Origin: Vitrella brassicaformis CCMP3155
Lineage: Eukaryota; Protista; Chromerida
NCBI GenBank assembly: GCA_001179505.1
Contig: CDMY01000808.1
Span: forward strand, 1 to 18,452
DNA length: 18,452 bases
Direction: 5' to 3'
Shown: positions 8,889 through 18,452 of the stretch, in pieces
Position numbering within the stretch: the first letter of the stretch is position 1
How the letters are laid out: each line of letters starts with the position of its first letter
The notes under the pieces: generated by a model
Told to the model about the DNA's origin: nothing
The model's database searches: none
Seen by the model: only the letters and a program-made list of their open reading frames with translations
Translations under genes and position numbers: made by a program

Positions 8889-11800
8889 ATGGCAGAGCAA
8901 AGTGTAACCGTTGCTTTGGATGAGAAGCGCAAGCGGCTTGCCGTAATCGAGAAGCTGCTGCCTGCACTGCACGACAAGCCCACCGACCTCAACGCCCAGA
9001 GGGACAAGGCCGGCAAGGAGGACATCGAGAGCATCGACGGCAAGATCGCCAGCACCACTGAGCAGATCAACAAGAACACCGCTGCCAAGGGAGAGCTGAT
9101 CGCAGGGATAGGTACCACCACCAGACACACAGCACTGTCACGCGCATTTTGCCGCGTCCTTCTGGTTCAGAAAGTCTTCAGAGGATAGTTGGGTCCGGCG
9201 GAGTGATGATCAAAGTGCAGTCGGCAGACGGCGAGCTGGTGGAGATCCCTCTCGAGGCGGCCCGGAGGTCAAACGTCGTCAAAGGCATCCTGGAGGGTGA
9301 GCACAATCAACGAAACGAAGCGCTTGAAGTGGCACATGCAGCCGAGTACCTTTCTCTGTGCAGCTGCATCAGATCAGACTCAGATCTCCCTGCACGTCGA
9401 TGCGCATCTGCTGAACATGGTATTTCACAAGTACTGCGGCCATTATGGCGGCAGGGAGATACCAGCTATCAAGCAGCCACTGCAGTCGACGGACCACATC
9501 GGAGAAGTGAGTCACCATGACACACATACACCGGGAATGAGTGAGTGTGTGTGTGTGTGTGTGTGAGGATGAGTGTTTGTGTGTCGGTTCCTTCCTTGGT
9601 TGGCGTGTCATGTCAGGTGCTGCTGGTTGAGCGAGAGGTGTTAGGCACAGCCGATCGGCAAGAGCTGTATCAGGTCATGAAGGTACGTGACCGATGTGGT
9701 ACCCAATGGCATCCATCCATCGTCTGGTTGTGGTCATGCCTTGCTGCATGCAATTCACCAGGCTGCTGATTTCTTGGACTTGCAATCGCTCCTCCAGCTG
9801 ACGTACGCAGCCTACGCGTGTCACATCAGGGTAGGTACGGTCCACACACACCGAGAGGCAGCGAATCCATCCTGCCTTCTTTGTCGGTTCCTTTATCCGC
9901 CACAGGACATGAGCCCTCAGGAGATCAAGGACACTTTCGAACCGCTGGCCGCCCGCATGGGTGCAGACTTAGAGGTGCGCTGGGCGAGTAGAGGTCCACA
10001 CACATGAAGGCCTTTCCTACCTATCGCTCTCTGCTCATACAGGCCGACAGCGATAGCGAGTGTGAGTCAGAGAGCGAGTCTGTCGAGGGCGACAGCAGCG
10101 GCGAGGAGGGGAGAGACGAGAATGGTGACGGAGAGGGGGATGAGAACGCCGCGGTCGCCATGTCCACTCCAACAGCCACGGCACTAGGCGATGCTGACGG
10201 TACGTACGGGAAACGCAGCGAGCACCAGAGTGGATGAGGGCAAAACATCTGGGTGGGGGTGTGGATGTGTGTCGACATTCAGATGACGAATGGAGTGAGA
10301 GCGACGAAGACGACTCCGAGTGGTGTGCGAGCGACGACGATGGGGACAGTGACCTCAGCTCCGGCTCTTCCCTCGACAGCGACCCAGACAGACAATTCGG
10401 AGAATTCAAAACAGAGGTACAGTACGCAGGGAGGCAGGCAGAGAGACGCTAGTATCGTCCGTCATTGTGTGTCCATGGCATTCATGCAGGACGTCCCCCA
10501 TCTGTGTGGCATATTCCCATACCTTCCCATGTGGTGCGTCCGCGCCCTACCCGAGGAGCTCGTGGAGGCGGTGACTCCCCACTACCGCCATGTCCTCATC
10601 GACACGTCAGAGTTCAAGGAAGATATGCTCATCCTCGCAGACCTGGCGGCCACCAGAGAGTGGGGGAGCCGCCTAACCAATCTGACGACACTCACCGTCC
10701 GGCATAGATCTGTCAGTGACAGCCCGTCTACCGTCGCCCCACCCCCGACCTTCTATGAGTCCCTCAAGTGCCTATTGGCAGGGCATGTGGAGGGGCGGAA
10801 AAAGATGATCGACACCATGCGGCGTGAGGCGACGGGGTCAGGCCGAGGCCCTCCGTCGGCAGAGCTGCTACCGCACGGGAGCCTTACCACCATTCTCACC
10901 AGCATCGACGGGTACGTCCCTCCGTCCGGCCGGCCCACTGGCCCATCGCGGCCCCTTCCCTGCCTTCATGCTCTCACCAGCATCATCAACCTGCCGCCTG
11001 GCGCCATCGGCCTGGGTGACTGCTTCCAGCTGCCAGCCCTCGAATCCCTCACTCTCGCATCGGACGACTTGCGTCTTCTGCAGACCGCTGTGATGAAGTT
11101 CTATCGGCACTCTGCTCGTACGCCGACGCATCTGCCTGGCGAGGCAACTCCTGAGGAGAAGACGGCGATGTTCAGGGCGTTGGCAGCGCACTGGCCGGGC
11201 GAGGGCGGCCAGAGTGGAAGGCTCTTGAAGTTCTCGCGCCTGGCGTCCATCGGCACTGTGAGGCTCGAAAGAGGTCCTCTGGAAAGCCGCGATGCGATCC
11301 TGGAGCTCAGGGTGGGCATCCGTTTCACATCACATGCGGTGTGCATTTGTCTGTCTGTCCTTCCTTGGTTCTTTTCAGGACGTCTTGGCGCGTTACGGGT
11401 GTGTGGCGTCGCTGGAGCACCTCTCAATCGGCCTTCCGGGAGACAGCATAGTCGATGCCACATGGCTGCCTGTGTTCTCTGCTTTGGAGAGCTTCCACTC
11501 TGCCCTCTGCCGACCAGCCGTGTCGGTCCAGATCACTCACTTCAGCAATGCTCGCGGACTGATCATCGATCTGGGGTCCCTCCTGCCGTCCATGCAGCGC
11601 CATTCCTCGTACGCCACCCCTTTCGTCATGGAGTGCGTGCAGAAGACTGCTTGCCTCGCCACCGACCTCGACTGGACCATTGCTGCGGCGGACCTCGTCC
11701 AGCCGCCCGCGTATGACGCGGCAATCCGAGACTTCGTTGCCGGGCTATTGTTCCAGTGCGCTTGCCGTGTGACGGTGTGCAATGCTGATGGGCTGGCGCC

Positions 11801-12412
11801 GCCCGCCGATGCACAGGGGTGCAATGCATCCATTCTCGTAAGTGGCAAGCAACATCAAAGAAAACAGAACTGTCTGGCATTTCTCGTGGGCCGATTTTCC
11901 TGCGTTCAGGCAAATCTGTCGCGCGATTGCTTCCCTCACTCTGATTACAAGCTGACGCTGTCCAGCCGCCTCGGCTGCAGGATCGCCTGCCAGCTGGCCA
12001 GCAGACTCAAATGCACCGAGCTGATATGTCGTGGCGTGACGGTCGGCCAGGCGCTGCAGGTGATTTAGTCTATCGGCGACAGAGAACTCAAGGGAGCGGT
12101 GTTGGTGGTGGAGGATGTGGGCGTCGAGGGCATCATGTGGGGCGACAGGGCGACTGATTTGCCGCCGATCGAGAAGCTCGAGCTCAGCCTGACCGGTGAG
12201 CCAGGGAAGAGTGTTTTCGACGTGATTTGTTTGTATTTGTTTGTGCATTTGTTTGTGTATTTGTTTGTGCAGTGTCGGAGGATGTAGACAGTGACAGTTT
12301 CCACCATCTGACGTCGACATCGCTGCTGCGTCTGCGAGGCCTGCGTGGCCTCCACGTCATGGTCAACGGCAGGCCAATCATCAAGTATGGCACATGTTTG
12401 AGCACGGAATGA
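8889..12412 (+). CDS. SKP1-like: Putative fusion protein: coiled coil - Skp1 - acidic linker - F-box-like/LRR-like region (12 exons, in-frame TAG at 12066-12068)
   Basis: Exons 8889-9111, 9171-9296, 9364-9506, 9617-9682, 9762-9830, 9906-9974, 10043-10199, 10283-10416, 10490-11311, 11379-11837, 11910-12195, 12273-12412. All 11 introns are GT-AG and phase-consistent. About 808 aa to the TAG, about 897 aa to the final TGA. The Skp1 assignment is strong; the F-box/LRR assignment is motif-level only. An in-frame upstream start near 8748 is possible. Confidence 0.75.
12224..12272. repeat. Intronic 12-bp-unit tandem repeat (ATTTGTTTGTGY-like)
   Basis: atttgtttgt(at/gc/gt) units run up to the acceptor AG at 12271-12272. 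Confidence 0.8.
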
Positions 12413-12994
12413 CTGACTGACTGACAGACAGACAGACACTAGACGCTGCATGTGTAGCCCGATGTGTGAGCTGTCAAATCAGTGCATAGCTTTATTGCCA
12501 CAGTCTGGTTTGAGAGAAACACAGAACGGGCGAGTCAGACGACGTTCGTCTATTGTTCGTCTAAGCCTCAGACCAACACACCAGGATTCGTAGCAGGCAA
12601 ACACACCCATACAAAGCAAATGAGCGTGTGCAAATGACAACGCTCATTGACAACAAACATAAACACATGTATGTGGCACACGACACAGACGTGAGACACG
12701 AACCACAATAGACACAGCATTCAAATCCAGCATAGCACTTACACTTGACGCCAGCTGAACGTCCTATGTGAGGACATTCACGGCCTTCCACCTCTCTCTG
12801 GCTCCTTCTTAAGCCTTGTCGGCGAAGCTCAACGGGGGCCGAGGGGCCGGCAGCAAAGAGACTTCGGTGGAGTCCTCCCAATCGTCCCACTCCGTGCGAC
12901 GCTGCTGGTCACGCACACCAATCTGCACACCACACACCATACCACACACACACACACACACGATTCATGAATGGATGCACGAATGTATGCAATC

Positions 12995-15900
12995 TCACTT
13001 CTCCTTTACCGCCTCTCTGAAGGCCTGACGCAGGCCGTCCACCGTCAGCTCTGACGGCCTGCGGACACACACACACACACACACACTTGGTGCAGCCATG
13101 CTCGCCGTGTGTCTCCGTGCATGTGTCGCCCCATTCCTTCGTTGATTGATCGCCTCATGTACCTGAAGGGCTTGATGATCTGGTAGGTGCCCGACTGGCG
13201 CCCCACGTTGTTGCCCTCCTTTCGGGCATCCTGCAAGAAAACCAGTGAGTGCCCGGTACACGCCCAGCGCAGGCACTCCTGGAGGCGCGCGCAGTACCTG
13301 GAGCATCTGTGTGACTTGGTGGCTGGGCATTTGAGCAGGGTCGATGGTGCCCACAACCAGATGGTAATACCTGCGGATGAATGCGCAAACACCCACCCCA
13401 CGCACGCGCGCACGCATGGCTTTGTGTGCACATGGATGTCTCTCTGTTGGCTGTGCCTGTGTGTGTGTACCATACCCGCGGGGATGCCAGTGCACCCCAC
13501 GACGCATAGCACCCGGCTTCTCGCCTTGATCGTCCTCCTGATAGATGGATAGATGGATGGATGGATGGACTGGGTCACACAGGTGTGTGCGAGCGGTGGG
13601 TCTGTCTATCTGTTTTTTCTGCATGTCGGTGAGTGCACATGGCCTACGCGTTCCTTGGTCTGGCGCTTGCGCTTGCGCTTGCGCTGCGGGTCGGCCATTT
13701 GCTGTAACACAAGCACACAGACACAGGCACAGACACAAACAAACACAAAGGCGTGGGCACGTGTGTGGGTGTAGGGGTCGGTGGCTGATTGAGCCACGTG
13801 ATGTGTGTACGCACCTCCAGCCGCCTCCTGTCTATGTCGCGCTGCTCGTCCAGCAGGGACTTGGCGAACTGACACAACGCATAATTGCACATGGCGTGTG
13901 CATGGGATTGTGTGTGTGAGCAACGGACGGACCTGGTAGAGTTTTTCGCCTCTGAGGATCCTTCGTGACGTCAGGGCAGAAATGCCTTCACCTGCAGCCA
14001 CGCATTGCCAAGAATACACACCCTTGGGGCCGCTGTTGTGTGCGTGTCCGTGTGTGTGCACCATACCAGCATCAGGGCGCGGCAGAATGCGACGGCTGTT
14101 GGGAGAGTCACCAGTCTCCATGGCTGCTTCCTCCCTCTCCTGGTGCTCCTGGTCCTCCATCTCGACGACATCCCGCTTTCTCTTCTTCCCCTGTCCGGCT
14201 GCTGCCGCTGGTGCTGGTACGCGTGAGGCTGTCTGTGTGCTCTGTGTGCGAGTGAATGTTGGTGCGGTGAAGGGGCCGGTCGAGGGATGGGCATTGTGTC
14301 TGCTGAAAGTGGGGAGGCGATAGTCGGCTGCAGAGTCCAGACAGAGACATGATAAGGAAAGCACAGATTGTGCTAGCCTTTGGGCAGCCTTCTAATGATC
14401 CCTCCCCGTATCATGCAAACTGACCGTGTCTCATGCCGTTCTTCCACTGCCCCTGGCCCACCAGCTTGCCCTCGTTGCCGTAGCGCCAGAATGTGCCACT
14501 TACAAAGCTGCCGGCCTGCCATTCGCCCTCGAACTTCTTGCCGCCCGTCTCGTGGTCGTACTCGATGCCGTAGCCATGACGTTGGCCGTCCGCCCACTCT
14601 CCCTGGTACCTGCGGGCACAGCAGAGAGAGATGAAGACATGTGTGTCGGCGGCGGCAGGATGGTGTGATCTCGCTGCTCACCAGACAGTGCATCCGTCCC
14701 CGTAGAACACTGTGCCCTGACCCTCTTTCTTGCCCTTGGACCATCCCCCCTCGTAAGCCTTGTGGTGCGCAAGAGTGAGGCCTCTCAGAGCTGAATGGTG
14801 GTCGCGATAGTCGCCTGCAGACCCACATGTGGAGCGCACAGACACAGATGGGCCGTTTGCTTGTGTATGTTCGTGCTATATACGTGAGAGACGGCAGCGG
14901 TCGTCATCTGGAGACACACACATGAAAGCACAGAATGGTATGTGTCAGACTGTGTCTCGGTCCCCCTCTCATGTATCTGTGTGTCTCTACGAAGCAACTC
15001 ACTGTATTCAATGCCTTGTCCATGCTTCAGTCCGTCGAGAAAGCCTCCCTGGTATTTGACCTTGCCCTGTATCCAAAACACCGGCATCTGAAGTGTTGAT
15101 GGCCCCACTGTTCCCTGAGCCTCACTCACGTTATAGAAGTGTTCGATGACCTCTTCACTCTCGTCGATTTGGTCGTCCTTCCAGTGGCACTTCAAATGAG
15201 GCTTGCCGTTGGGGTAATAGGTGGTGCCGGGGCCGTTGCGCATTCCCTTGCTCCACTCGCCCTCGAACTTCTTGCAGCTTGTCCTTCCATCGTACTCGAC
15301 CCCATGGCCATGACGCTCGCCGTCCATCCACCTTCCCTCATACCTGCATGAAAAGATACGGGTGAGACGGGAACCTGCATTGCTTGTGAACAAGATGTCA
15401 GGTACTTTGCCTGATTGCCCACCAGGGAGTGCATCCGTCCTCGTAGAACAGTGTTCCCGAGCCCTCCCTCTTGTCCCTGGCCCAGCACCCCACGTAGACC
15501 TTCGGAGGGGCAACAGTGCGGCCGCTTGGAGCTGAATGGTGGTCGCGATAATGGCCTGCAGACCCACATGTGGAGCGCACAGACACAGATGGGCCGTTTG
15601 CTTGTGTATCTGTTCGTGCCATAGACACGTGCACCATACTTCTCTGGTATTCGGTGCCGTATCCACATCTGAGTCCGAAAAGCATCTGGCCCTCATACCT
15701 GACGCTGCCCTGCATGTGAATGGCACAAAGACAGACAGGACGGTATGGAGACGCTCTTTTTCACGTTTCTCAGTATAATGCTCTTCATTCGCCCATGTGG
15801 ACTCACTCACGTTGTCGTAGTATTCAATGACCTCCTTGCTGTCATCGATCTGGTCGTCCTTCCAGTGGCACTCGAAGTGAGGGTTGCCGTTCGGAAAATA

Positions 15901-16514
15901 GGCGGTCCCTTCCCCATTGCGCCTTCCATGGTTCCACTGGCCATCGTACTCTTTCTTGTTGATTAGGTCTCCAGCTCCTCCATAATATTTGATGCCATCG
16001 CCATGAAACAAGCCCCCACGCCACTCTGAAGGCCAGAAATGGGCGTCCAAGCAGTGTATAGGTTTGTTTTCTATCGTTGCTGGCTCCCTCACCTCCTTCG
16101 TATCGTTTGGCGTTGAGGGAGACGTGTCGATTGGAAGAGCTGGTTATACGCAGAACGCCCCAGCCCTCAGGCACCTGTGTCCACATAGGCAAGATGGACC
16201 TCCTGGCGATGGATGAGTTTCATCCAGCCCCTTTGGTCCATGCTCACCCCGTTTCGTATCATGCCCTCGTACTTGCCCCCCCTCAAACGATCGTTTCGCC
16301 TGTCAAAGACGCCATGATGAGCGCGGGCGAGGTCAACCTCACACATAGCCCCCACGATCTTTAGGCGGTTCTCTTTCATCATCTCTTCGAGGAGACAGTC
16401 GTGAAGCGGCCCGTTCTCAACAGTCTGTGTCATGTCGGTTGTCGTGTCGCTGCTGGTGGGGAGCACCATGGCCTGGTGATGCGTGTGCATCGGAGTGTGA
16501 GTTCCCGGCTGCAT
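12995..16514 (-). CDS. Putative fusion protein: coiled coil - MORN repeats (copy B) - basic NLS-like patches - AP2-like domain (18 exons)
   Basis: Ten MORN-region exons (16514 to 14425) splice in phase. A phase-1 gtcagt...tgcag intron (14424-14328) joins them to eight more in-phase exons with KKRKR and RKRKRKR, ending GVHWHPRGYYHLVV...KPFRPSELTVDGLRQAFREAVKEK*. Without that intron the MORN part stops at TGA 14411-14413. MORN is confident; the fusion and the AP2 call are moderate. Confidence 0.65.
14789..15609. repeat. Intragenic tandem duplication of a multi-exon MORN module
   Basis: 80-nt segments 14789-14868 and 15530-15609 differ at only 2 positions and include identical intron sequence. 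The exons ...HWKDDQID.S.EVIE.. and G.V.Y.G each occur twice. Confidence 0.9.
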
Positions 16515-17246
16515 GGCCGCTCGTCAAACGACGTGAAGGCCAGGGAGTGGTTCAACAAAGCTTGGGGCGGAGTCCGTATCCAAGGACCGTTGAATGGCGT
16601 CACCACAGGAAGATAAGTCACTGTTTTGCACTGTTTCGGGAGAGACTTGGGCTTTTAGGCAAGGAAACGTTTCGCGCCCATCTAAGCTCGCCCGAATGAA
16701 AGCAAAGCAGAGTGCCGCAGGTGGTTCTGTGAAGCAGAATCGATGCAAACGGATGCACTGAGTAATCCCTGTCTCACAGCTTCCTGAATTACCCACACAC
16801 TCCTGAGAACGGACCGCTCCTCTCCACCCTTGTACAGAAGTCGGTCCTGATCAGGCGTGTGCACGTCGTTCCGAGGCTCACCGACACTCTTGGACGACTT
16901 CTGACCCCTCGCCCAATCATTTCTGGTACGTTGAGGCACTCAAAAGATCCGATCTTATCATGTACACACTAACATACGTACGTATACGTATCTGCATGGC
17001 CTCCTGACTCAGAGACCCACAGACACCTCGCCGACTGTCTGCTTGTCCCTCTGCTATACCTGCAGCACGAGATCTGCCGTGTGCAGTAACTTTTTGACGT
17101 TTGACGTAATTGAGGCGACCATGGAGGGGACCAGATGCGTCTGATCATATTTCTATCTACACTCAACTCGTTGCACACCATGTTAGTTAGCATCGCACCA
17201 CGCTGTGCTGTGTTTCGTGGGCCATGCCATGCGCACAAATTATTAT

Positions 17247-17335
17247 ACACACAAACATACATACACACACGTACACACACACAAACACACGCACATACAC
17301 ACGCACATACACACACGCATGCACACACGCATGCA
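17247..17335. repeat. Degenerate (CA)n microsatellite tract
   Basis: acacacaaacatacatacacacacgtacacacac... low-complexity run. Confidence 0.85.
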
Positions 17336-17893
17336 CAGCGTCTACCGCGCGCTCCACATACAACCACCCACCCTTTAGCTAGTGGGTAAGCGCCACGAGA
17401 GATTTCGATCCATTGATTCGACCGGTCACCTCACACGTTTGTCCAGCCACGCCACCAACCGTGGATGCATTATACATTCGGTCCAGGTCTGTGAGTGTGT
17501 GTGTGTGTGGGGGGGGAGGGGGGGATGTGTCACTTAAACTCACACACAAAACACAACACGCCGCACAGACGCACAGACAGGCCAGGGGACGAACCTGACC
17601 TATACAGAGAAAAGGAAATCGATGAGCCCCACGGTCACACATTCTTCACGTGCAAAAGGTAAGCGGTGACAGAAAGAGGGACTGATTTGTCTTTTTGTGT
17701 GACGTGCTGCAGCGTCTTAGCTTGAATTCGTTATCATGTGAAACGGACTTTTTCTCATGATAAAACAGACTTCTTGCCAGCGTCAGGCAAGTCTTGAGAG
17801 GCCTTACAGGCCCTCTTGATCCGAATGCGACGCATTTGCAGTGAAGTGCTTCTGCGAAAAAAAAAGACGCGAGCACAAAACACTTCGCCATTC

Positions 17894-18452
17894 CATCAGT
17901 CGAGTCACATAAGTGTGTGCTTGCTTGTCAGTCAATCAATGAATTGATTCCATTCATTCATTCAGTGAACTCCCTCGGTTGCTTCGCTTGGGAGACGGCC
18001 GTGATCCTGGCCTGACTGGCCACGAGGTGGCCGGCCATGGGTGTCTCACATCACCCATACATGGTCAATATAGCCGGCCACCCTATATAGAAACACCCAC
18101 CCTCCTCCCCCGTCGGGTCTTCCGGCGGAAGAGCCGACGGGAGAGGTGTACGTATACATGTATTTCTACGAATGTGTACCCTGTAAAGGGTATACGTACA
18201 CCTCTCCCGTCGGCTCTTCCGCCGGAAGACCCGACGGGGGAGGAGGGTGGGTGTTTCTATATAGGGTGGCCGGCTATATTGACCATGTATGGGTGATGTG
18301 AGACACCCATGGCCGGCCACCTCGTGGCCAGTCAGGCCAGGATCACGGCCGTCTCCCAAGCGAAGCAACCAGGGAGTTCACTGAATGAATGAATGGAATC
18401 AATTCATTGATTGACTGACAAGCAAGCACACACTTATGTGACTCGACTGATG
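17894..18452. repeat. Long near-perfect palindrome (arms 17894-18157 and 18190-18452, 32-nt spacer) cut off by the window end
   Basis: The arms are reverse complements apart from one indel (ccctcggttg on the left, caaccaggg on the right). The right arm runs to the last base, so the true arm length is unknown. Confidence 0.97.

Noticed and set aside
12800-12935. Possible extra last exon (RRTEWDDWEDSTEVSLLPAPRPPLSFADKA*) for the AP2-like gene
   Set aside because: It would need a donor inside the predicted AP2 helix, and an in-frame TGA at 12995 already closes the gene. Cannot be decided without RNA data.
13930-13990. ISALTSRRILRGEKLYQF resembles the start of a chromodomain
   Set aside because: The spliced continuation (AKSLLDEQRD) lacks the W-x-G-[YF] aromatic-cage residues.
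14400-16100. Recurring similar segments that might be a CRISPR array or a tandem ncRNA repeat
   Set aside because: They are MORN-coding exons and duplicated introns, with no constant repeat plus unique spacer pattern.
4630-16526. Alternative nuclear genetic code explaining the internal TGA and TAG codons
   Set aside because: TGA and TAG both act as ordinary terminal stops here (3249, 6683, 7153, 12412), so global reassignment is unlikely.
17979-18368. Two nearly identical 105-aa ORFs on opposite strands
   Set aside because: They are a mirror product of the palindrome, start at TTG rather than ATG, and show no recognisable protein features.

Overview
Intron-rich, GC-rich eukaryotic DNA. Introns are short (about 60-110 nt, GT-AG) and full of (GT)n/(CA)n/(CCAT)n microsatellites. 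The style and gene families resemble the chromerid alga Vitrella brassicaformis; this is an inference. The ORF track is fragmentary, so I spliced the genes by hand. The right half holds a convergent pair of apparent multi-domain fusion genes. The first (8889-12412, +, 12 exons) is coiled coil + Skp1 + acidic linker + F-box-like/LRR-like region, with one in-frame TAG near its end. The second (12995-16514, -, 18 exons) is coiled coil + MORN repeats + NLS-like basic patches + AP2-like domain. The left half holds partial copies of the 5' parts of both genes in the same convergent layout: a truncated Skp1 (1984-2784) and a MORN-only gene (3249-4620), with a 17-bp inverted repeat between them. The middle holds a Pro-rich RING-HC E3 gene with an apparent 1-nt frameshift and a lineage-specific hypothetical gene. 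Both MORN copies keep an in-frame UGA three codons before the ATG, inside a stretch that has diverged mostly by synonymous changes. The window ends in a near-perfect palindrome of at least 263-bp arms with nested hairpins at its apex. No rRNA, tRNA, CRISPR array or transposase was recognised.
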